A DNA stretch of 64,000 bases from a virus: IMG/VR virus record IMGVR_UViG_3300027741_000029, positions 52,400 to 116,399 of that record; one strand, given 5' to 3'. The position numbers were made by a program, and so were the translations under genes. This document shows positions 44,642 through 57,300 of this stretch, one piece after another (positions within the stretch are counted from its first letter, which is position 1; each line of letters starts with the position of its first letter). Below the pieces are notes generated by a model. It saw nothing but the letters and a program-made list of their open reading frames with translations, made no database searches and was not told the DNA's origin.

Positions 44642-45262
44642 TTATACCTGTGAACTTAAGTTGGTTAGAGTTTGTACACGAATTGTGTAATCAATTTGAA
44701 TAAGACGATTTAAACTTTTCTGAATAGGATGGAAAATAACATGAGTAATCAGATTACCCTGATCAATCGTGCTTCCATTCCATACTTTAAGTCCTAATTC
44801 GTCAAACACGTAAGTGTCATTAAAGTTAGTTGTATTGTCAAATGCCTGTTGACCACTTGGCTCACCATAATCTAAGGTACAAGTAACAAAGATATCACTA
44901 TAAACTGTGCCACTAACGTGACGAATTTCAATTCGGTTACGAGTTGGATCGGTGTTGTAAGTTGAATTATTATCAACTACTTTATAATAAGTTTGATTAT
45001 AAAGTGAACTATTGCTGCCACTTGTGTTTGTAGGAAGATAAGTGATAACACCAGTTGGGTCTACACTTGTTCCACCATTGCCAAATGCCATTTCACTGAT
45101 ATAACCTTGACCTTGGTTACTGATACTTTGCGCAAGAGCAAGTGAGAAATTTTCATAATGAATCGCATTGCGTTTGTTTACAAATACTTCTCCTGTTTCT
45201 GGATTATGTATTTTAATATGACCGCTTAGCGCAATGCCACTTGTCTCGTTAGGACTACTCAT
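44642..45262 (-). CDS. baseplate/tail structural protein
   Basis: Start probably MSSPNE (45262) after TAAATA 45292-45297; NAIHYEN, FGNGGT, FDELGL, HVIFHPIQKSLNR motifs. Confidence 0.65.
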   Translation of the reverse strand: MSSPNETSGIALSGHIKIHNPETGEVFVNKRNAIHYENFSLALAQSISNQGQGYISEMAFGNGGTSVDPTGVITYLPTNTSGSNSSLYNQTYYKVVDNNSTYNTDPTRNRIEIRHVSGTVYSDIFVTCTLDYGEPSGQQAFDNTTNFNDTYVFDELGLKVWNGSTIDQGNLITHVIFHPIQKSLNRLIQIDYTIRVQTLTNLSSQV

Positions 45263-45321
45263 TTTTTTCTTTCCAGTATTTTCTGTTATAGTATTTATTG
45301 GTTTAGAATTGGTAGTATTTT

Positions 45322-48300
45322 TCATTTCGTTGCTCTTATAAATTGTGCATATTGAGTAGTGCTAGATTGTAAACTTTCATTGAAATTTGTAAAAATCTTG
45401 CCTTGTTTAATTGTACTATTAGCTGTTACGAGTATACTAGTAACAAAAGATACTGTATTGCTCAATAGCAGATTTCCAGTAGATTTAGTTGTCAGGTTTG
45501 CAGTAAGATTGGCACTCAACTTGACACTACTATTACCTTTATATATATTAGTTACAGTAGTATTTGAAGGAATAATACCACTTATGTTAGAAAATACATA
45601 TTGATTTAATGAGATATTGGTTATGTCATTTAAGGCAATAACATTTGTTCCGCTATAAGCATTTGCACTAATAAATTTAACATTTGTAGCACCACCACCT
45701 AGATATGTGTCATTTGGTGTGACAACATATGTATCACGACTATTTGGTATTTCAAGAGTGCTGCTGCTATCAATCACACGGGTGCCACTAACATATAGAT
45801 TAGCTGCACCAGTTCCACCTGTTGAACGACGAACATTGCCTAAACGTTTATTAACCGTATCTATTAGACCATATGTAATACGCTCACCGTTAATAACAAC
45901 AACGCCTGCTGTATTAGTGATTGGTTCTGGGCTTTGAAGAGTGGTAATATCACTTACATAAATCCATTGATCAGTAATATGTAAATTTGCTGCCAAGAAT
46001 GTTTCACGTGCAGAACGAACCGCATAATAACGAGTATTATCATTTAGGTCTTTGAATATACGATATTCTAGTGTAGTTTCACGCACAGGTTCACCAAAGA
46101 TACGAACCCCAATAACACTTGTTGAACTTATTGTAAGTTCACTGCTTAATACTACGATTGTTGGCGTAACGAGTCTAAAATCACGATATGGCAACAGCGG
46201 CAATCCACCAGTTGTATTTGGAGATTTAAGAGTCATATACAATTGGTTAATATTTGTTACTGCACGTGGCAGAGTATAATATATGGTACCAATGAAATTA
46301 CTTAATTCATTATCAAATCCAACTGTGTCAAACCCAGTCGTATCAAGACCATTATCTATTACACTTGTGTTATTAGTATCGCCACTAAACAACTTAGTAT
46401 ATTGTTGATTAACATCGTGATTTCCTTGAGTAAAAACTGTTAATTTACTAGGTATAGAAATGTTAACCGCAGGATTAATCCAAAGTTGGTTGCCATCATA
46501 AATTTTAAAATCACTTTGGCTGCTATCGCTGAATACGATTAAACTTCCACTATTTGGTGCAACGGTAAATTGCACAATTGGCATAGCAACATTTGTAGGG
46601 TCATGATATATTGTATAGTCAATATTGTTTGTTTGTAAAACATTATCTATCAACACCATTACTTCTGCATCTGTAATATTAGCAATATTTTCTACCCAAC
46701 TATTAGTTAAACTAAAGTTTTTAGTAATACCATCGCCAATATTATATGTTTGTTGTGGAGGCAATAGGTCACTGCCATTCAAACGAACAATCGCATACGC
46801 ACTGATAGGTTGTGCATATATTTCTGGATTGTCTATTGTAAAGTTATAACCAGTTGGATAATTTGCTGAAGTAATAACAAAGGTTTGCTCATATATTTCA
46901 CTGTATGCACGAGTTCCAAGTGGAACTCCATATAAATGAACTTGAACATAATCATTAGCATTTGGTGCAGTATTAAAACGAACTGCTAATATTCCCCTAC
47001 TATTTTCTAATTTATTAACCAATGTCCAATTGTCAACCTTGATACCATTTACTTTGACATATGCTTGTTCAACACTATTAAGTGTCGAATCATCTATATT
47101 AAAGTCAGTTTGCACACCATCAGCATAATAATCTTGGTCAAAGATTGGACTTTCACCATTACTACCAAACATCATAACATAGAAAAATGTTCCTACTTGG
47201 GGTTCATATACGGTAGTAATAGTTTTTGTTTGATAGTTTATAGTATAGTGATAAGTTTCAGCAATTGGTCCAAGCGCACGGTCAATTACATAGAATTTCT
47301 CAATACCACCCAGTGGATAATCAACACCAGTAACTAGTGGATCAAAACTAAACGTTTTACTTCCAACATAGTTAGATGTAAAGATTTTAATGTCTGGACC
47401 ACCATTTTGTATAGGAAGTGTCTTGACCTTGATATCTAAGGTATCGTTAATGATACTTGGCACAAATTCTTCTGGTGCATGGCTGCTATAAGTGTCAGTA
47501 AAAGCACCGCCGTCTACATTAATATCTTGTGGACGCAGCCCCAAACCAGTATCTGTGAAGAGCGAACGAATAATAGTATCTTCGGTTTGTGAACCATAAA
47601 CATCATATACGTTTTCCACATCTTTTGTAGCTAGATCATATGCAATGCTATCATAGTTATTAACATCATAACCAGGAGTTTGATTAAATGCTGGTCCTAA
47701 AATTTGATTACCAGAATACTCAATTCCTACCATTACTTGTGCAAGATCACGACCAGCCATTCCGCTTATTGGTGCATAATATGACCATACACGGTCACAT
47801 GCATTATCAAGCCATAGTCCATTATATGCTACCAAGCTGGCAGTATCAAAATTAAGATTGGATGTAAATGTTTCTGTTGCAACATAACTTGTATTTTTGT
47901 AAACAACAACATCATTTATTGCATATAAAGTTTGTGGATACCAAACTTTAACACGCAATTCTACAAACTTGGTAAAGTCAAATGTAGAACCACTAGTATG
48001 ATTAGTAATAACACGATATGGTTGCGCTTCATACACAATAACTGTATTAATCGTATAGGCAGTATTAGCAGCCCAATCAATAACTGTATTGAAATAAGAA
48101 ATACGATCAAATTTAATATAGGTGTCTAGGGTACGAGTTAATCCGTTTCCAACAATAGCAACAGCCTTAGCGCCAGTTCCTACACCATTGATTTGAACTG
48201 TAGCATATGTATAGTTGACACCATTATTTGTAACAACAATAGTATTTACTGCACCATTAACAATATATGCACGTGCTGTGGCACCAGTTCCATCGCCATT

Positions 48301-51300
48301 GATTAAAACTTCGGTTGTTCCATCATAACCGCTTCCACCATCAACAATGTCAACGAGTCTGACATTATATTTGTGGTTGATAACCCAAGGTTGATAAAGC
48401 GCCTGTGTTGCCAATATAGTTGTATCAAGAGTATTTCCTAATTGTGGGCTGCGATATTTTTTTATTACTGTATTATAATAAGGTTGCAGATCAAAATCAG
48501 TGGCATTTGTATAAGCATAATCTAGTGCATTATTATTATCATACTTTGCAACATACTGTTTGAGTTTAGTATGGAATGGTTTAACTTCACTGAAGAAATC
48601 TGTAACAGTGTTTTCTGGTTGTGGAAGATAAACAGGAAGCTGATCCAAACCACGAACACGATGATATAGGTCAACAAATGAAGTTTTCATCATCCAATCT
48701 GTTTGTAGATGTTGACTTGCAATTGTGTCAATCATCAATGTCAGAGTTTGTTTATACTCAGTTCTATATTCATTTGTTAACAAATAATTAGTAACAACGT
48801 CAAATATTCTATTAAATTCTAAATTACTATCAGTGTCAAATCCAACTGCTTGGAATGAACTTGTTTGGAATCCTTGTCCAGCAGCAACCTGACTATAAAG
48901 GTTTTCTTTGAATTGAATAGTAGCATTTTGCTGCGCAAGCAATTCAAGATTTGCGTAGTTTACAAGAACAATTTTCCAACCACCATTTGTACTATTACGA
49001 ACATAAATTATATCATTTACATTAAGTGATAGTTGACTAATATCACTTTCGTTATCTACTGATGTTGTGATAGGAACTAATGGATTATAGTTAGCACTAT
49101 ACCAATCACTATAACTCCAATAATCATTTAGATTATATGTTTGAACTTGATATGTTTCCCAACTTCTAGTATTTGGGAATTTTACAATCAAGCGGTTTAA
49201 ACTCCAACCATTGTTATGTGTGTTGCTATCTTGTAACACAAGCACACTATCGCCAGCAGCATATGTATTTTTGTCAAGATAACCAAGTTCAGTTATATTA
49301 GCAACTACTGTTTTATAAGTGCCGCTGCTTGGTAGTGGATCGCTGTTGTTTAGTGCAGCAATTGCCTCACTACGAGTTAACACCATTGGATATGTTTTAC
49401 ATATATTGTTAATTTTTTCTACGTAAAGCTGACGAGCAAAATACTGATTATTAAACAAACTTTGACGAGGAGCAGTATCCATTCCATACTTTTGACCAAT
49501 TGGTAGATTAGGATCAGGAATGATACGACCGCTTGCATCTTGACCAGTTAAACTATCATTTAGTTTATTGATAAATTCAATGGCAACACCAAGATCAGTG
49601 CCATCATCAAACATTGTCCATTCACTGTGAACAAGTTGTGGTTTTAAAGTATCTTTATATTCAATTACAAGATTTGTATCATCTGTGATAATATTCTGTG
49701 CATTGAATACAGCAAATGCATTAGTTCCAACAATGGCAGCAAACGGTTCACTGCTGTTTCTAGCATTAGCAATATAACTTTGAAGTTCAAGAGCGCTTGG
49801 ACGACTGCTATTAGTGCTATTGGTACTGTTATGAATCCAGAAATAGTATTTTGTTACTGGTTGACCAGTATTTTCATCAATTACTATTTGGCTACTATAT
49901 ACATCATTTACTGTATAAAGTGGTTGAGTTAGTGGGTAACTTGTTGCATAATCTTTAGGCAACTGATCACTTTCAATCCATTCATAAATGGTTACAGTAC
50001 TAGCAGGGAAAGCAAGCCCCCACTTGTTAAATTTTTCAAGAGTATTGCCCTGTGAAGCATCATAGTATTTTATGCTATTGGTATCCCACCAAAGTGTTCC
50101 AACTTTTTCACTTCCCCATGCATTTTTACGATCATATGCAAAACTTACAGTTGTAGGAACATGATTATAAACGGCTGGGTCATAGTTGATTGTATAATCA
50201 ATATAACTTTCGGCACTGTTCGGTAGTGCACCATGTGTTAAATCATATACTGGCAGATCAGCAATAAGTCTGCTGCTTTTAGTATTGTATAGATAAACAC
50301 GCTCTACAATTCTGCTATCAAACTTTTCACCTTCACTGCGAATATTTTTCCAAATTGGTTGTGCATTCTTGTTATAGTAAACATACATTGCGCCGGTATT
50401 GTTGCCAAGAATCTTAGCATATGGAGCGCCTACTAGAATAAAATTATTGCTAATATCAACACCACTAGCATATCTGTCAAGCGCACCAGCAAACTTGTCG
50501 TTAAGTAACGTTGCATATGCAAAACTGCCTTGATCGCTTGCTGTTTCAGTAGCACTAGTTTGATATTCATAAACATGTGCTGCACCACTGCGATAAACAA
50601 TGTCTACATAACGAACAGTGGCACGGTCAAATGTTGTTTTTGCGCTATCAAATGTGGTAGTAATACGAGTATTTGATAGGGTACTGCCAACAACCAACGT
50701 ATTTGCATCTGGACTTATGCTCAGTATTTCACCAAATCTTGCGGTATCTTGCACAAGTGGATTGAACATTTTTTGTACAGATTGCCATTGGTCAATACCC
50801 ATTGTTGATAATGGATTACCATATTCATTACGCATGTATATCTTGCTTGTTGAATGCAGATCGCTGCTACTAATATAAATTGCGCCGTTGCTTATTACAC
50901 CAGCAGTTATATAAGGAATCTTTGCTGCATTAATAGTGTTTGCTGCTTGATATACATCGCTGTTGTAATAAATTGTAGAATATGGCGGTCTTAAAGTTTG
51001 ACCAAATGTTACAAGGTAATCATTAATACGAATACTGCTGTTTGCAGTAACTATGAAATTAGTTTTATTACCAACAATATTGCCATACATTCTTGGAACA
51101 TTTACAAGACGATATACTGCACCATTTTGTGAACTGCTTTGTGAATAACCAGGCGCACTACTAAACGCTAGGCTACCGTTTTGACTTAGTTTAACTGCTT
51201 GACCAAAGTTACTGTTTTGTTGACCAACATCTGTAGTTGCAATTTTAATAGGTATAAACTGATTAGTTTCTACATTAACAATGCTTCCACTGCTTGGAAT

Positions 51301-54300
51301 AGCTGCCAATACAACCTGATTTGTAGTATAGTTGAATGTAGCTGCAACATTTGCACCATCAACAGTTACACTAGGATGTGTAATTACATTTGGTGTGGTA
51401 ATAGTAGTCAAACCAACAAGAGCATTGCTTAATTGGAATGTGCTTGTTGTGCCAGTTGCTACAAAATTTTCAGCAGTGCGTTCAAATACATATGTTTTGC
51501 CTGCATTAGTATAAGAAGTATCTGTTGTTGCAGTGCTGCCAGGCGCACCAATTACAACAATTCTACCGTCGTTGTTTGTGCTTACACTGGTGCCAAATCC
51601 ACTTACTTCAGGATCATCTGTAATAATACGGTTTACTTCAGTAAATGAACTTTCATATATCAGATTAATAATTGAATTATTTGGAGGCGCAACGTCAAAA
51701 GTAATTGATTCTTGTGATGGGGTTTTAATATAATCCAAACCAGGAACCTTTAGAACACTATTAACATACACTTTAATATCACGAGCACTTAGATTTAATC
51801 CAGTTGCATTAATAGGATATGAGAATGAAGTACTGCTGCCATCACCTGTGCGTGTACTTGTTGCAGCTACTGCTACATTGCTGTACTTGTAAACATATAC
51901 ACTGTTTGTTGCTGGTTCGCCAATGAATAACCAATTTCCATCGCCGCTTGCGCTTATGCTTGTGCCAAATGCACTGCTTGGCGTAACGTTAGGATAAATT
52001 CCAATTTTTTGGTTTGCAGAAATAGTTGCAGCATTTGTTAATCCAATCAAATTGTAAGCACTTCCAATTGAAAGGTTTGAAATAACAGTTCCATTGGCAA
52101 TGTTTGCACCAACAATTGGCTGTCCGTTCGCAACGCCATATAGTGACTGATATCCATTAACAATAAAATGTGAATTATTTGTTGTTGTTGCTGCTGAAGT
52201 AATAGATTGAGTAATACCTAAATTTGAACCAACAAAAGTAAGTAGGTTTCCAGTTGGTGTAGTTACATTACTACTAAGAGTAAGAACTTTATACCCTGTA
52301 ATATTACTGATACTTTTAATATATGTCCCAACTGGAATACCGTTACCTAAAACTGGCATAGTATTTGCCACAATTCCAGTGATAGATTGACCAGTATTTC
52401 CAATGTAAACATTGGCGTTGCTGCTTGTAATATTTGCATAAAGAGTAGTAAAGATTGAACTATTGGCAGTTAATATAGTAGCAGCATCACTAAACTTAAG
52501 TGTGGCATTTTTAGACATTGTTATGTCATTTAAAGCTGCCACAGGAGTTAGATTAGCAATAGTAGTTCCACTTGGAATGCCTGCACCCACTACTTTCATA
52601 CCTACTGCAAAGTTTGCAAGACTATAACTTGCAGTTTGTGCAATATTTGCAGTTGTGCTTAGTGTTGCAGTTGGACTAATCAATATATAACTATTGCTTG
52701 TGCTAAATCCAGCACTTAACACATATAGATTATCATAGTGAATTGCTTGATTTAGACTAACTTGCTGACTGTTAACAACAGCAGTGTACACAATACCTTT
52801 ATTGCCGCTTGGAGCAGCAATAATAGCAATGTCATTGCCGTTAATATCGACATTAGCGCCAAAGCTAGCCGAACTATTTGCAGGAGTTAAAATTCCAATT
52901 TCTTGCCAAGTATCATCTTGTTTTTTACCGTAAACAAATGCTTGACCTGTTGTATTTCTACTACTTGCACCAACAACAGCAAATCCTTGATTGTGATTTA
53001 TCTTTACGCTGCTGCCAAAATTATCGGTTGGTTTTGTAAACACAGGACTGCGTGTGTCATTATATACCCAACTATTTGTATTTTGTTTTACAGCGTATCC
53101 ATCAGGTCCATTATCAATATAAACAATTTCACCAGTTTGCCATCCACGTACAGGAACAAATGCGGCGAAGTCATTAACTGTGCTATAACGAACATTGATT
53201 AATTTAAACAACTGTGCGTTTAATTGTCCGCTGCTAATAGTTACATTGTTATTGATTTTAACAGTAAATGTTGTATTAGTTACTGCACTAATGCGATAAA
53301 ATCCACTTAGATCAGCAATACTGCTTGTGCTTTGTGCACTGTTAATCTTTGCATTTCTTAACATAACATAATCAAGGTTAACAAGATTATGTGCACTATT
53401 TGTAGTAAAAGTAAGTTCAGTTGGGCTAGTATGTGATACGCCAATAACAAATACACGACCAGTTTGGCTTAAGCGATACACGCCCCATTGATTTCCGCTA
53501 TCTGCAGCAATCCAAACTTTACTGCTTTCGCCCATTACAGTATTCAATCCACTAATATTGTAAATTTTGCTAATATCAAATACAGTTGCGCTTACATCTG
53601 CAGTGTTTACAGGACCAGCATATGGAATTATTTGCTTAGATGGTTCTGTTTGAGCAAAGATATTAGTTTTATAGGTTCTTGGACGAATAACCAAATCACT
53701 TGGCTTGACAGTATTGTATATGTCACTTCTTGCATCGCTTTGATTTGTAAATTCAAATAGATATTGGTTATTGATTGCTATAGAATTTCCAATACTAAAC
53801 TCTAGTTTATCTGTATTAGCGGTTCCACCATAGTTGCCAAGTTTAATTGCCCACTGTTCACTAATACGTATATCACTATCAATACGTTTTTGTTGATTAC
53901 GCAAGAAAGCATTTAGAACTGCTTGTGTTCCTTTTTGTGCAATCATACCAAGATAGAACTTATATTGACTTGTTATATCTAATCCAAGATCAGTAAAGTA
54001 TTGGCGGCTGGTAAATCCAGTTTCGTGTTTACCAAGTAAATCGGCTGCGCTATTTAAATCTGCTGCATCAGGATTATGGAAGTTGGCAAATTGAGCAGCA
54101 CCCGATGCCATATTTGGAATAAGTTCTTTGTCAAGTAAAGAACCATTAATCGGATACCAATCACTGATCGCAAATTTTTGTGTACCAGGAATAAATTTTT
54201 GTGCAGCAAAGTATTGATTCTTAAGCAGAACAATATCGCCAGTATAATAATCAGTATAACTTACCCATTGTGGAATCTCGCTTACATTTACAAAGAAACC

Positions 54301-57300
54301 TGGTGCATAAAGTGAACCATTCCAATCTTGAGTTTTTGCGCCATCTACACGAAGACGGAACTGACGACTACCAACTTGCTCATCATAAAGAATATCATTG
54401 AACACTGTATTATTATCAAATATAATAGTGTGTTCATACTGAACAATAGCAATATCTAAAAGATGTATACCTTTTTGTGCATTCTTCAATTCTATAGAGA
54501 ATGTATTGTCATCACGATAAACACGATAATCACGACCTGTTAATGTTGTATTATCACTGTCTACAACTTTAGTATAGTTGTTTGTATTAGAAATAGTATC
54601 AACAATTCCATATGGTGATGAGAAATTAAGTTTAGTTCCAGCAGGTGTTAAACTGATTACAGTGTCATTACCCCAATTTTGTTGGTTCCAAAATAAAAAT
54701 TCTTTTGCTGCAAGTGTCCAATCACTTTGTGTTGTATTATCAGCAAGGAAGTTATTGAATGAAAAACCTTGGCTGGTTAGATAACGACCATAACTTACAA
54801 GAAAATCTACAACTTGTTGCTTGTTATTAAATATTGAACCATATGGATAAGATGCTACGGTATCTTCGCTGTCCTTGTAAATGATAGCGGTTTCACTTCC
54901 AACACTAATTCCATAGTTGTTGGCACTTACACGGCTAGGTATAGTCAAGAAGTACGGGCGTGCTTTGTCAAATCCAGTTACTTGATATCCACCAGTTACT
55001 TTTTTAACAATTACTGCACTATATACAGCACGAGCAACAGGAGCACTCTTGGTTACCTTAACACGATAGTTTTCTTGCGGAATAATAACACTACTGTTTG
55101 TGCTTTGTGGACTTACTTGGTCAGCAACAATAGTTAGATAACTCTTGTCTGTGTATGCACCCATCTTATAAACAAGATTGAATGTGCTGTTTCTAGCAAT
55201 ATTAATCCAATTCTCATTGACATCTAAGTTATTGCTGACAAGATAATCACGAATCCAAACATTGATACCTGGTATATAATCATTAGCATCAGTAATACTG
55301 TAATCAAATACACGACTATTTGACTTACTATTGATTATTTGATTTAAATTGCTGTTGTATGTTAAGTCACGAGTATTGTACTTTAGCGCACAGTATTCTG
55401 CTGGTCTTGCCAATGCCCATGCAATTTGTACTGCAAATGGATAGCTGCTGCTACGACGCCATGCAGTTTCTTGTGGACTTTGATCACCAACTCGCCAATT
55501 AAGTGCAGCATCATTTGAATTATAATTTACCACAACGCTCTGTAGCGGTGGAAGTAGATTACCATGACTATCTACAGGTATGATCTTACTCAAGCCTGTG
55601 CGAGTATAACTGCTATTAATATAACTTTTATTTGGCGCACCATTATAAACAAAACCAAGTTCTAAATCACCCCAGAGAACACTGTTTTCACTGCTATATG
55701 GCGCTGGACCATAGCGGTTATCCCACCATGTTGGTTTTTCTGCAAATCCTAGCATTTCCCAAGGATTGGTATGTGGACGATCAGTATCATAGAAATAATT
55801 ATAGATACCACGCCAATAACCAGGCACAGAATTACCAAATATCTTATCAACACCGCTGCTATAATTGTAGGTGAATACATCATTGGATACAGTTGTATTT
55901 GTAAAGATATCTACATTGTTGGAATTACTCCAACGTAAATATTCTGAACTTAACAATTGTGTCCATTCAGGAAAACTATAATCACGCACACGGAATGCAC
56001 CTGGTTCTACGCTTATTAAGTCATAATCAGTATTGTTAGCATAATCAACTGTTAAATTGTTATAAACACGCTTTTCAAATTCAAGCAAGATATTATCACG
56101 ATAGTCACCATATCCAACTGTGAAGCTGCCATCGTGACCAACGATACCAAGAATGCCATTGCCTTCACCTGATACTGCATATGTGTTATCGTAAACGATT
56201 TCAGGTTTAAATTTTGGATAAACACCAAGTTTAGTTGGAGTAGCAGGTACGTTGCAACCTTGAGTTGATTTATATTCATTGGTAACGATTTTATCACCAC
56301 GACTCAAAGTTACGCTGCTATTGATTACAATAGTAGCGCCAGATATAGTATAATCTACATTATTAATAAGCAATACGCCGTTTAGATAAACAAGAACTGC
56401 ACGATATTCTTTTGTTGCATTTGTATAAGATTCTGTAAGGTTATATGTACGATAAGTTGTATTTTGAACAGTGTAACTATTTTCAACATAATTTTTTCCA
56501 CCTGCTATCATATCAGTATAATAGAATGTAGAATTGCTATTGGTTGTTTGCGCAAATTCACTTAAAATATCATCAATATTATCACGATAGTTAGATGGGT
56601 CGGGAAATTCTCGTTTATTAATATAGTCAAGCAATTGATTTTTGAATACTGCATAACTATCTGCACCAAAACGAATTGCTGCAATTGGATCAACATCATT
56701 GTTGGCATACATTAATGCGGCTGGTCGTAAACTTGCGCTATGTTGCAGCAATTTACCGCCAACATAGTTAAAGTTTAAATCACGGAAATTATTGCTGCCA
56801 GCAGGTTCACCTTGCAGATTTTGTAAATTATTACCAATTTCAATAAGGTGGTTACGAATTTGTCCAAGCGTAATAGTAGTAAATTCTGTATTCTCACTGT
56901 TATTGGTTAAGTTGCGAGGCATAGTATATGTTTGTTTATATGCGGCACTAGTGCCAAATATCTTTACGAATACTCTATCGCCCACAGAAAGATCATATGT
57001 GAATACTATCTTACTAGTAATAGAACTTGTTTGTAGTGTATATGTGCCTTTTTGTAAAACATTATTAACATAAACAAATACGTTGTTTTCATAATAACTG
57101 TTAGCGTATACAACACCTAAGTCAAAATTATTTTTCTGAACACCAGTTGCAGAAAAAGTTTTTGTTATATATTGTTTGCTCTTATCTTGAACACGATACC
57201 AACCATTGGCAAAGGTATAATTATTCCAACCCTTGATAACCGCAGCATATCCAATGTTTACATTTAATACTTTGTCTGCTTGGTTTAGATTATAGTTAAA